Numbered from the stretch's first letter, positions 20,664 through 35,598 are shown. The stretch: DNA of 64,000 nt from an uncultured delta proteobacterium (GCA_963767925.1 CAVYGB010000010.1:640001-704000), one strand, 5' to 3'. The notes: generated by a model from the sequence alone, not told the origin. Made by a program: numbers and translations.

Positions 20664-22103
20664 ATGAAGTACCTCCCCGTCTCCACCCTCCTGGCCCTCA
20701 TGCCTGCGTGTTACGCCGATCCGGGGCCACGGCCCCGCGACGGCGCCGTGCTCCCGGCCCCCGGCCCCGGTGAAACCACCCCCGACGGCGGCCCCCGGCC
20801 GGGCCCCGATGCCGCCCCGGCCGATCGGACTGCGGCGCCGGACCGGCCCCTGCCGGCGGAACGGCCGCCCGCCGATGCGGCGGACCCGATCGAGGCCGCG
20901 GCGCCGGCGCCGTTGCCTCCCCAGCCGGCCCCCCTGCCCCCCGACCTGGCGGCGCGGATGGACTTCTTTCGCAGCGACGTCGTCCACCGCATCGAGATCA
21001 CCGTCGACCCCGAACACTGGCGGGCCTACCTGGCCGAGCACCGCCGCTTCGACTCAGACGCCGAGAAGCAGTGGTTCCAGGCCGACTTCCGCATCGACGG
21101 AACCGACCTGCGGGCCGTCGCCTTCCACTCCTTCGGCTGGGGCAGCCGCAGCGGGAACGGGCGCAAGCCCAACCTGAGCCTGGACATCGATCGCATCGTC
21201 CCGGGCCAGAAGCTGCGGGGCATCGAGCGGATGCGGATCAAGAACAACGGGCAGGACACCTCGGGGCTGCGCCAGACGATCCTGTACGAGGCGATGCGGG
21301 CCTCGAACCTGATGGCCCCGCGCTCGACCTTCGCCAACCTGACTGTCAACGGCGAGCCCTACGGCTTTTATTTCGTCGAGGAGTCGTTCACCTCGGGCTT
21401 CGTGCGCGAACGGACCGGGAACGGCGACGGCGCGGCCTACGAGCCGGCCGGCTGCCAGGGGTTCTTGCCCGCCCGCGGCGGCTGCGCGGGGCTGGCGGAA
21501 TATTTCAGCTCCAACTTCAACCCCCTGGCCCCCGGGAGCGACCGCCTCGTCGGCCTCTGCCAGGCGCTGAACGGCCCGCCCGCCCAGCTCGTCCCGGCGG
21601 TGTCGCCGTACATCCTCCTGTCCGAGTGGATCGACCAGGTCGCCATCGACACGGCGCTGGCCGGGAACCGCGACGGCTTCTCCTCGGCGGGGGCCAACTT
21701 CCGCCTCTACCACGACACCGCGCTCGACCGGCTGCGGCTGGTGATCCTCGGTCCCGACGACACCTTCGTTCCCGAGTCGCTCCCCGAGCCGAGCTTCGTG
21801 GCGCCGCGAGCGACCCGGAGCTGCCGCGAGGAGAACCGGGCCTACCGCGACGTCTTCCTCGAGCAGCTCGTGGCGACGCCCGAGGGGCTGGCGATGTACC
21901 AGGCGGCCGTGCGCCGGCTGCGCATCGGGGTGCTCGGCGCGGGGCGGATCAGCCAGCGGCTCGACGAGCTGTGGGCGGTCGTGGCGGAGCACGCCCGCGC
22001 CGACCCGCTGCGGTCGCCGGACCTGGACGTCGACGCGAGCAAGGACGCCATCAAGCAATACGTGGATCTACGCTGGCGGGCCCTCGAGGCGGCCGGCTTC
22101 TGA
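20664..22103 (+). CDS. CotH kinase family lipoprotein
   Basis: Signal with MPAC, Pro-rich linker, KPNLSLDID, IKNNGQDTSGLRQ, LTVNGEPYGFYFVEE, N.DG...NFRLY. Confidence 0.8.
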   Translation: MKYLPVSTLLALMPACYADPGPRPRDGAVLPAPGPGETTPDGGPRPGPDAAPADRTAAPDRPLPAERPPADAADPIEAAAPAPLPPQPAPLPPDLAARMDFFRSDVVHRIEITVDPEHWRAYLAEHRRFDSDAEKQWFQADFRIDGTDLRAVAFHSFGWGSRSGNGRKPNLSLDIDRIVPGQKLRGIERMRIKNNGQDTSGLRQTILYEAMRASNLMAPRSTFANLTVNGEPYGFYFVEESFTSGFVRERTGNGDGAAYEPAGCQGFLPARGGCAGLAEYFSSNFNPLAPGSDRLVGLCQALNGPPAQLVPAVSPYILLSEWIDQVAIDTALAGNRDGFSSAGANFRLYHDTALDRLRLVILGPDDTFVPESLPEPSFVAPRATRSCREENRAYRDVFLEQLVATPEGLAMYQAAVRRLRIGVLGAGRISQRLDELWAVVAEHARADPLRSPDLDVDASKDAIKQYVDLRWRALEAAGF

Positions 22104-22119
22104 CGTTGCGCATCGCGCC

Positions 22120-22163
22120 TTGTCGGCGCCGCCTGGGGGCCTATAATCTGAACGTAGGTTCAG
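22120..22163 (+). promoter_or_regulatory. sigma70-type promoter (TTGTCG-N16-TATAAT) with overlapping LexA-like palindrome CTGAACGTAGGTTCAG
   Basis: TATAAT 22142-22147 followed directly by CTGAAC-N4-GTTCAG 22148-22163, matching the arms of the Myxococcus xanthus LexA box. Confidence 0.7.
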
Positions 22164-22175
22164 GTAGAGGTCCAC

Positions 22176-22583
22176 ATGGCGCGTCAACGAAAGATCCAGC
22201 CCGGGTTGCCGCTGTTCGAGGCGGACGGGCAGACCCACGCCCGCGGCTGCGAATGTCCGCGCTGCGAAGCGGGGTACGTCCCGACCGAAGGTGACCGGGA
22301 GGTCGCGGCCCGCCGGGTCGAGGAAGAGCGCGTGCGCCAGGCGGCGGAGAAGGTGCTGGCCCGCAAGCGCGAGCGGCTGCGGGCCCGGGCGCTGGCGCTC
22401 CGGCTGGAGCTCGAGGCGGACGAGCGGCGAACCGACGCCTTCCTCGCGAAGCAGGCGGAGCTGCTGCCCCGGCTCGCGCGCGACGAGCGGCTGGAGGCCC
22501 TGCTGCGCGCGCGCCGGGCGGGGGCGGAGCCGGGCACCGCGATCGCCGAGGTGGAGCGGCGGTTCTCCTCCTCGCGCCGCTGA
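22176..22583 (+). CDS. Hypothetical protein with HxxxCxCxxC motif and coiled coil
   Basis: GAGG RBS; QPGLPLF, HARGCECPRC, long Arg/Glu helix. Confidence 0.7.
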   Translation: MARQRKIQPGLPLFEADGQTHARGCECPRCEAGYVPTEGDREVAARRVEEERVRQAAEKVLARKRERLRARALALRLELEADERRTDAFLAKQAELLPRLARDERLEALLRARRAGAEPGTAIAEVERRFSSSRR

Positions 22584-22735
22584 CCGCGCCGGCGCGACGT
22601 CGGGCGGCGGCCGGATATTCACGGCCGCGCGGAGCGAGCGCGCTGTGATCGCGATGGTCGGGTCGGGCGTGTTTGCAGGCGGCGGTGGGGTGAGAACCGG
22701 TTGCCGGAAGCGCGCTTTCTTCTAGGATTGGTGGC

Positions 22736-23131
22736 GTGAGGCTGCTGCTCAACCTGCTCTGGATCGTGCTCGGTGGTGGGCTCCTGCTCTGTCTCGAGTA
22801 CCTGCTGGCGGGGCTCCTGCTGTGCCTGACGATCGTGGGGATTCCCTTCGGGCTTCAGTGCTTCAAGATTGCCGGGCTGGCCCTGTTGCCGTTCGGAAAG
22901 GACATCGACCCGACCGGGTCGTCGGCCCCGGTGGGGGCGCTGCGGGTCACGGGGAACGTGTTGTGGTTTCTGGTGGCGGGGCTCTGGATCTTCCTGACCC
23001 ACGTCGGGTTCGCCATCGCCCTCGCCATCACCATCATCGGGATCCCCTTCGCGGTTCAGCACTTCAAGCTGGCGGTGTTCGCCCTGTGGCCGTTCGGGCG
23101 CATCGTGCGCCTGCAGCACCCCGGCTACTGA
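22736..23131 (+). CDS. yccF: YccF domain inner membrane protein
   Basis: Two repeats NxLW...TI(V/I)GIPF..Q.FK.A..AL.PFG. Confidence 0.92.
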   Translation: MRLLLNLLWIVLGGGLLLCLEYLLAGLLLCLTIVGIPFGLQCFKIAGLALLPFGKDIDPTGSSAPVGALRVTGNVLWFLVAGLWIFLTHVGFAIALAITIIGIPFAVQHFKLAVFALWPFGRIVRLQHPGY

Positions 23132-23195
23132 CGCCGCCGGGGCGCGGGCGCCGTCCCCAGGGGCTGGAGCTGGCTGGCCAGGGCGTGGGCGGCGT

Positions 23196-23510
23196 GATCC
23201 CGAGATGGGGCGGGCCCTCGCCTGCATGCACCGCCAGCCGGCCCACGGCTGGACGGTGGAGGAGCTGGGGCGCCAGGCGGGGCTGTCCCGCTCGACCCTG
23301 GCCGAGCGGTTCAACCAGCTGGTCGGTCAGCCCCCCATGCGTTACCTGGCGCGCTGGCGGATGCAGCTCGCTGCCAGCCTGCTGGCCGACGAGCGAGCCA
23401 AGGTCTCGACGGTGGCGCTGGAGGTCGGCTACGACTCGGAGGCGGCCTTCTCCCGGGCCTTCAAGGCGCTGGTCGGCTGCTCCCCGGCGGGCTGGCGCAA
23501 GCGCCCTGCC
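23196..23510 (+). pseudogene. C-terminal HTH fragment of an AraC-family regulator
   Basis: DPEMGRAL..MH..PAHGWTVEEL...LSRS...RF...VGQPPMRYL..WRM...VGYDSEAAFSRAFK; no N-terminal sensing domain and no nearby in-frame stop. Confidence 0.8.
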
Positions 23511-23531
23511 AGCCGGGGAGGCGGGGGCCGC

Positions 23532-24923
23532 TCAGCGCCGGGCGCAGGTGGGTCGCTCGGGATCGCAGCGGTAGCGCTCCTGCTCGACGAACTTGCCGCT
23601 CTGGATCTTCCAGTGGACCAGGTCGGGGAAGTTGTCGCCCACCCCGTCCGGCTCGAGCGGGCTGCCCGCTCCGTCGTAGTTGATGGGCCGCTCCTGCCGG
23701 ATCCGGTCGGCCGCCAGCTCGAAGTCGGCGGACCGGGGTCGGATCACCTTGCCCCCCGGGGTGTTGACGTTGAAGACGTTCCCCAGGATGAGGGCCGGGT
23801 CGGTCGAGCCGAAGTGCACCGCCCAGCCGATCGCCCCCGCGTGCATCACGACGGCGTCGTACAGGAAGGCCGCCGTGCTCTCGGGCGCCTGCCCGGTCGC
23901 CGCCTGGAAGGCCGAGCGAAACAGGGCCCCCGAGTCGCCGGGCGCCACCCGCAACATCGAGGTCCCCTCGAGCCCGGCCCCTCCGGCCGTCAGCAAGGCC
24001 GGCAGCAGGAAGTCGCGGCGGCCGTGGTCGTTGGCGCTGGCGGGGGGGCGGGTGACGATGGGGTGCGTCTGGTAGTCGGCCAGCGCCTCGGGCAGGTTCT
24101 CGCTTCGGAAGGCCAGGAAAACGGCGTCCGGCGCGTGGCCGTCGGGCGCGCTGTCGAAGATCTGGGCCATCTCGAAGGCCCGGCTCTCGGGCGTGCTGGG
24201 CAGGCTGCGCGGCACGATCTCGCTCGAGTGAGGCCCGGTCACCAGGCTGTCCAGGGCCCCCGGGAAGGTGAAGGCGACCGGGACGTGGTCGGCGTCGTGG
24301 TAGACGACGATCTTGAGGTGGCCGTCGCGGTCGAAGTCCCCCTTGCGGGCCCGGGCGAGCACGAGGCGCACCTGGACCGGGTTCTCGAAGGCGGCGTTGA
24401 AGTAGGTCCGGAACAGCCAGCCCTCCGGGTCGGCGAAGCCGAGGTCGCTGTCCGAGGGGTCGTTGAAGCGCGGCGAGGAGCACTGGTAACAGGTCACGGG
24501 CACCTTGCGGGCGATGCGGGGCACGAGCTCGTGGTTGAGTCGGTTGACCGTGGCCGTCGCCTCGTCGCCGTCGGCGACCATGCCGATCACCCCCTGCTCG
24601 TTGATCAGGGTGAGGGCGGCGGCCTCGGCCTGCCCGGCGGCGTAGCTCGCCACGCGCACCCGGAAGCGAAAGCCCACCCCGGCCCGCTCGAGCCCCCGGT
24701 TGAGCTGGCTGCGGGCCAGGTTGGCCGCCGCCGTGAACGCGTTCTTCGCCGGTGAGGCCGCGGCGACCAGCACCCCGATCCCGTGATCGGTCACGGCGGC
24801 GGTCACCGCCCGAGGTGACGCCTCGTCGATCCCCTCTCCCCTGTCCACCCCGACCTCCGGTCCCCCGTCACAGGCGAGCGGAGCAAGAACCGTCGCCAGC
24901 GCTGCGAGTGTTTTGCACTTCAT
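23532..24923 (-). CDS. Type 1 periplasmic binding fold (LivJ-like) lipoprotein
   Basis: Lipobox APLAC, WLFRT, AAFLYDAVV, INYDGAGSPLEPDGVGD; AAAGGAG RBS. Confidence 0.75.
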   Translation of the reverse strand: MKCKTLAALATVLAPLACDGGPEVGVDRGEGIDEASPRAVTAAVTDHGIGVLVAAASPAKNAFTAAANLARSQLNRGLERAGVGFRFRVRVASYAAGQAEAAALTLINEQGVIGMVADGDEATATVNRLNHELVPRIARKVPVTCYQCSSPRFNDPSDSDLGFADPEGWLFRTYFNAAFENPVQVRLVLARARKGDFDRDGHLKIVVYHDADHVPVAFTFPGALDSLVTGPHSSEIVPRSLPSTPESRAFEMAQIFDSAPDGHAPDAVFLAFRSENLPEALADYQTHPIVTRPPASANDHGRRDFLLPALLTAGGAGLEGTSMLRVAPGDSGALFRSAFQAATGQAPESTAAFLYDAVVMHAGAIGWAVHFGSTDPALILGNVFNVNTPGGKVIRPRSADFELAADRIRQERPINYDGAGSPLEPDGVGDNFPDLVHWKIQSGKFVEQERYRCDPERPTCARR

Positions 24924-25123
24924 CCCCCGACTCCTTTCGTCCTTCGGGACCACGATGGCAGGGAACCCTGCCGGGCCGTAAGGGTGAACGTTCGGGCACC
25001 GGGGTGCGCTGGTATATCATGCGGTACTACATGTAAATTATCTCACAGATAATATCCCAGCGTTCATCGAGGCTTGTGCCGTCGACGCCGCGCCAGAAGG
25101 AACGCGTCAGCAGGGGTACCACG

Positions 25124-25155
25124 AAAAAAAGGCTCCGGACCGCCGGTCCGGAGCC
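25124..25155 (-). terminator. Intrinsic terminator of the 25227-27814 gene
   Basis: 11-bp perfect stem GGCTCCGGACC/GGTCCGGAGCC followed by T7 on the minus strand. Confidence 0.9.
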
Positions 25156-25226
25156 CTCGAGCGCACGCGCCGCTCGCTTCGCCCGGGGCCGGCAGGCGCT
25201 CCTGCCGGCACGTCCGGGCCCAGTCC

Positions 25227-27814
25227 TCAGTACAGCAGCAGCTCGCCGAGCTGCAGGCTGCTGGTGTCGCCGTTGTTGGCGGTCACGCGCAGGCGGTACT
25301 GGGCGTAGGCCGTGCTGTTGGTGAAGGCGTACGCGTTCGGCATGAGGCGACCGCCGAAGGTCTGGGCACTGCGGGTGTCGAGCGTGACCCAGCCCGCGTC
25401 GGCGCCGACTGTGCAACTCCCGTTGCAGCCCTGGAGGGTCCAGCTCCGCGGGTCGCGGGCGGCGTAGTCGCTGGCCGAGATGATCGTGTAGGAGGTGACG
25501 GCCGGGGGGGCTGCGTCCCACTGGTACACCACCGAGACCGGCCGGGTGGCGCTGGGGACGCCGGTCACGCACCAGCGGGTCGCGCCAGCGCTGCCGAGCA
25601 GGTTGTCGAAGGCCCGGGTCGGCAGCTCCGCCGTCGAGCAGGGCTTGCCCGTCCAGGTGACGGTGCCATTTTCGGTGCGATCGACGCCGGCCAGCGGCAC
25701 GACCGGCCCGCCGCCGTCGTAGAGCTGCACCTCGCGGAGCTGGGTGTGCGAATCGTTGCTGGCGTTGGCGGTGATGCGCAGGCGGTACTGCGAGTAAGCG
25801 GTCGAGTTGGAGAAGTTGAAGGTCTTGCTCTGCAGCCGGGCGCTGAAGCTCTGGTTGCTGCGGGTGTCGAGGGTGACCCACCCGGTGTCGGACGAGACCG
25901 AGCAGGTGCCGTCGCAGCCCTGGAAGGTCCAGGTCTTGGGGTCCCGGGTCGAGAAGTCGGCGGCCGAGGTGATCCGGTAAGCGGAGATGGCGATCGAGGC
26001 GCCCCACATGTACATGAGCGAGCGCGGCGACTTGCTGGCCGGCTTGCCGCTGCCACACCACTTCAGGCTGGAGATGTTGTTGAAAGCGTGGTTCGGGCTG
26101 TCGTTCACCGTGCAGTTCGGGGTGCTGGCGGAGGCGACTCCGAGGCTGGTGCGGTCCTCGCCGGGCGCGCCACCGATGGCGGCGTCGCGCAGGGCGTGGT
26201 TCGGCTCCCACATGAAGATGTAGGTCTCGCTGCGGATCGGCTCGCCCGGAGTGCGCACGAACGGGTTGATGCCGCTCGCGGGGAGCATCATGTACTGGTT
26301 CATAGGGCCGGTGGTCCCGGAGACGGTCGCCCAGGTCTTGCCGCCGGCGGGGTAGCCGGCAGACGGCACGGCCCACCTCAGGCCGCTGTCGCACTTGCCG
26401 GGGGGCATGGGTTCACCGAAGGTGTCGGCGAGGTAGAGCGCGCCGCTGCAGCGGATCGGCATCGGCCGGGGGGCGAACCCCGCCCGGAAGGCACCGAAGC
26501 TGGTGGCCAGGTCGGACTGCGAGGCGATGAGCCCCGAGCCACCCGCCACGTCGACCGGGGAGAGGGCGACGCCCGCGGTCCCGTCGGGGTTCATGTGCAC
26601 GTGGTAGACGCCCTCGGCGTAGAGGGGGGATCCACGTTGTCCACGTTGCCGAGGACCGCGGCGCCCAGGCTGGCCTCCCGGATCCAGGAGGAGAAGTCGA
26701 CCCGCACGGTCTGGTTGTTGGTGGTGGCGGTGACGAAGGCCAGCAGGCCGGCCATGAAGTCGGTCTCGTCGACCTGGCCGGCGTTGAAGCGGACGGCCGC
26801 GTTCATCATGCCGGTGTGGGTGACCACCTCGGTGACGAGGCTGGGATCGTGGGGCGCGCTGGCCTCGATGCCCGTGATGTCCATCGACTGGGTGGGGGGC
26901 GCGTTCCAGCGGAACACGGCCTTGATGAACCCGGCCACCCCGGTCCAGGTCGATCCCGGCGGGGCGACCATCACGAAGGTGCAGTAGCTCTTGTCGCCCC
27001 ACACGATGGCCTCCCAGGCCTGCAGCTCGATCGGGCCCGCGGCGCCGTCGGGGAAGCCCCAGGGCAGCTTGCCGAGGGCGACCGAGATGCGCGCGCCCGC
27101 CGTCTGCTGCGCCAGGAGCTTGGGAAACGCGGTCGACCCGAGCCCGAGCACGATGCACTGGCCGGTCTTCGGCATCCAGACGTCTTCCCCGCTGTACATC
27201 ATGCCGGTGATGGCGGCGGCGCCGAGGCCGTGGATGTCCTTGCCGGTGCCGGGGCCCGCCAAATTCATCCCCGCCAGGTTCATCGCCGCCAAATTCATCC
27301 CCGCCAGGTTGGTCCCCGCCAGGTTCGACCCGCTGAGGTTGGAGGCGCCCAGGTTCATCCCCGCCAGGTTCATCCCGGCCAGGTTCATCCCCGCCAGGTT
27401 CATCCCAGCCAGGTTGGTCCCGGCCATGTTCATGCCGGCCAGGTTGTTGCCGCCCATGTTGGTGCCGCTGAGGTTCATCCCGGCCAGGTTCATCCCCGCC
27501 AGGTTGCTGCCGCCCATGTTGGGCCCGCTGAGGTTCATCCCGGCCAGGTTCATCCCCGCCAGGTTCATCCCCGCCAGGTTCATCCCCGCCAGGTTGTTGC
27601 CGGCGTAGTTGTCCCCCTTGATGGCGGTGCTGACCGCCTCGACCGCCTCGCCGGGCTCGGTCGACTCCGAGCCGGGACCGAGCTCTCCATCGGGCGGGTT
27701 CACACAGGCGGTGCCCGCGATCAACGCGACCGTCGTGAGAGAGGTGAGGAACCCGGGGAACGGTGAGGGCTGCGAGGCGCGCCTACACCGGGCGCTCGGC
27801 ATTCTGCTGTTCAT
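25227..27814 (-). CDS. Paralog of 17337-20075: pentapeptide repeats, same core domain, two F5/8-type C (discoidin/CBM32-like) domains; frameshift at about 26625
   Basis: VALIAGTAC signal, 24x xNL(A/S)G; the core aligns with the paralog across the frameshift; two Y.I.SA.D...RDP..WT.QG...W..LDTR..Q.F..R...Y.QYRL..TAN...QL.E repeats. Confidence 0.85.
27254..27613 (-). repeat. 15-bp tandem repeat encoding 24 pentapeptides (MNLAG)
   Basis: Directly visible aggttcatccc(c/g)gcc units. Confidence 0.97.
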
Positions 27815-27960
27815 GTGCGGGGGAACCTTCTGCAGGAACCGTGCACTCGCCCGGGCTCGACCCGACCGGCCCGATGACGCCGCCCCTGGCGCCGCTTTCG
27901 GCCCCCGCGGCCCGCGCCGGCGCGGCGAACATTCCGGTTTTGCTCGTTGTGCCTCCAGCA

Positions 27961-27989
27961 ACGCCGTTGCACGTCCGGTGCAACGGCGT
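27961..27989. promoter_or_regulatory. Perfect 12-bp inverted repeat in a divergent promoter region
   Basis: ACGCCGTTGCAC-GTCCG-GTGCAACGGCGT between the divergent pentapeptide gene and the histidine kinase. Confidence 0.55.
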
Positions 27990-28112
27990 GTGGATGCGAC
28001 ATCGGAGGTGGGGTGAGGAGATGGGTGGTGAGGTCGTGCGATCCCGCCACGGAGCGGCTGGCGTCGAGGCGCGCCTTTATAGATACAGGGCGGTTTTGAC
28101 GATTCTGACTTC

Positions 28113-29222
28113 GTGCACATCACTGGTTATGGGGCGCAGGTCCGCGCGCACGGCGTGCTGCTCGCGCCGTGGGCCCCGGCTGCGGGGGACCTGGTCGGGG
28201 CCTTGCGCACGATTCCGGGGTGCACCTGGTCCGAGATCGATTCGGCCCCCCCGGCGCGGATCCCGGTCAACCTCGCCGCCGACCTCGTCCTGGCCGCTCC
28301 GGTCAGCGTCGACGCCTGCCGCTGGGTGCTCACCGAGTTCCGGGCCAACTGGCAGCGCGAGCTGGTGCCCCTGGTCCTGATCCTGCCCGAGGAGAACCTG
28401 GAGCTGGCGCTCGAGGCCTACGAGCGGGGGACCGACTACGTGGCCACCCCCCAGGACTCGCCCTCCCTGCTGCGGGCGCGCGTGCGGGGCCTGCTCCACC
28501 TGCGCACCGTCGTGCGCCTGCTGTTCGAGAGCCGCAAGCGGGCCAAAGATCGCCTCGAGCAGCACGAGCGCTGGGCCCGCTTCCTCGTGCACGACCTGCG
28601 GGGACCGCTCGGCTCGCTCACCCTGGGGCTCACCAGCCTCAAGACCTCGCAGGGGCTCAGCTCCGAGGACCGGGACTTCGTCAGTCAGCTCCGGGAGGAC
28701 CTCGGCCGCATGAGCGCGCTGGTGGGTGACCTGCTCGATCACGAGCGCCTGCAGACCGGCGCGCTGGTGCCCCAGCGCCGGCCGCACGACCTCAACGTCC
28801 TGGTCGAGAAGGTGGTGCAGCGGGCCCGCCTGCGTGGCGCCGCCAGCCGGGTGCAGGTGCGCTTTAAGCCCGGGCGCCAGCCGGTCTTCGCCAACCTGGA
28901 TCGGGCCCTCATCGAACGGGTGCTGGAGAACCTGCTGTCGAACGCGGTGATTTACTCCCCCGGGGGACAGGCGGTCGACGTGGAGGTCGCCGACCACGGC
29001 CTGGCCACCATCTCGGTCCTCAACGCCGGCCCCCGCTTCCCCGCCGCCGAGCGGGAGATGATCTTCCAGCCTTACGTTCAGGTGGGCCCCGCCGAGGGCC
29101 GGCGGCTCGGGGTCGGCCTGGGTTTGGCCTTCTGCCGGGAGGCGGTGGCCGCCCACGGCGGGTCGATCGAGGCCACCGAGCGGGACAACCGGACCTGCTT
29201 CGTGGTGCGGCTCCCTCGCTGA
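28113..29222 (+). CDS. Cytoplasmic histidine kinase with degenerate N-terminal receiver-like domain
   Basis: H-box VHDLRGPL, N-box ENLLSNA, G2 GVGLGLAFC; receiver-like segment (DLVLAAP, LVPLVLI, ERGTDYVATP) lacks the phospho-Asp. Start uncertain. Confidence 0.85.
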   Translation: MHITGYGAQVRAHGVLLAPWAPAAGDLVGALRTIPGCTWSEIDSAPPARIPVNLAADLVLAAPVSVDACRWVLTEFRANWQRELVPLVLILPEENLELALEAYERGTDYVATPQDSPSLLRARVRGLLHLRTVVRLLFESRKRAKDRLEQHERWARFLVHDLRGPLGSLTLGLTSLKTSQGLSSEDRDFVSQLREDLGRMSALVGDLLDHERLQTGALVPQRRPHDLNVLVEKVVQRARLRGAASRVQVRFKPGRQPVFANLDRALIERVLENLLSNAVIYSPGGQAVDVEVADHGLATISVLNAGPRFPAAEREMIFQPYVQVGPAEGRRLGVGLGLAFCREAVAAHGGSIEATERDNRTCFVVRLPR

Positions 29223-29232
29223 GCGCCTTCTC

Positions 29233-34614
<5,382 letters not shown>

Positions 34615-34661
34615 CTTCGCCTACCCGCTCGACCACGACTGATCGAGAGGCTAGCAGACGA

Positions 34662-35588
34662 TCAGGGTGACAGCGCCCAGGTAATGGCGGCGTCGAACAG
34701 CGCGAACCCCTCGCTGGTGAGCACGAGGGCGCTCTGGTCGGACAGGAACAGACCCACCCGGCGCGCCGGCGCCACCAGCTCGGGCATGCGCTGGCCGGTC
34801 TCGTAGGCCATCAGCGCGACCCGTGCAGATTGCCCGGACACCGAGGCGACCCGGATGGCGTTGGCGTTCGGGATGCCCCAGGAGATGCTCGTCGCCTGGC
34901 GGGCGACGGTCACGCTGCCGCTCAGGCTGGCGGCCAGGGGGCTGGCCGGCTGCTCGATGTTGATCGCGGTGAGCCCGGGATCGGCGCCCCGGTTAACGCC
35001 CATGGGCACCGTCGATTCGACCATGCCCATGTCGTCGTAGAGCAGCGGCTCGGAGACCACCACCGGCTTGGCGACGTCGCGGAAGCGCGCGCCCACCGCC
35101 ATCACCGAGATGGTCGGCGAGATCAGGATGAGGGCCGCGCGGCCGGTGTCGACGGTGGCGAGCAGGTCGTCCACCACCGTGACAACCCGCAGGCCCAGCG
35201 CCCGCACGCGGCGCTCGAGGATGGTGTCGGCCGGGCCGAGGGGGAGCTGCCCCACGATGAAGAACACCTCGGGCGCCTCGGCCGGGCCGGCGTCGCCGGC
35301 GGGCGGCGCGAGGGGGGGAGTCTCGGAGCCGCCCTGATCGGCGGCGGCGCCGAGATCGCGCGCGGGAGCCGCGTCGGGCAGGACGCCGCTCGGGGCGGCG
35401 TCGGGCGCGGGGGCGTCCGGCCGCGCGCCGGCGTCGGGATAGGGCAAGCTGGCCGGGGTCTCCGGCGGCAGCGGCGGATCGGGGGTGTAGCCGCTCGACA
35501 GGTAGTCCAGGGAATGGACCGAGCAGGCGCCCAGGGCCAGGGCGCCCGCGAAGGCGAGGACGGAGGAGGTATAGCGTGGGCGTCGCAT
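34662..35588 (-). CDS. Hypothetical lipoprotein
   Basis: Lipobox ALGAC, Pro/Ala linker, C-terminal alpha/beta domain ending ARRVGLF...LFDAAITWA. Confidence 0.75.
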   Translation of the reverse strand: MRRPRYTSSVLAFAGALALGACSVHSLDYLSSGYTPDPPLPPETPASLPYPDAGARPDAPAPDAAPSGVLPDAAPARDLGAAADQGGSETPPLAPPAGDAGPAEAPEVFFIVGQLPLGPADTILERRVRALGLRVVTVVDDLLATVDTGRAALILISPTISVMAVGARFRDVAKPVVVSEPLLYDDMGMVESTVPMGVNRGADPGLTAINIEQPASPLAASLSGSVTVARQATSISWGIPNANAIRVASVSGQSARVALMAYETGQRMPELVAPARRVGLFLSDQSALVLTSEGFALFDAAITWALSP

Positions 35589-35598
35589 GAAGATGCGC

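Noticed and set aside
20322..21041. 239-aa VOC protein
   Set aside because: The N-terminal portion is antisense to cotH; only the last ~60 aa are VOC-like.
23205..24755. 516-aa AraC fusion protein
   Set aside because: Only the first ~100 aa are AraC-like; the rest is antisense to the binding-protein gene.
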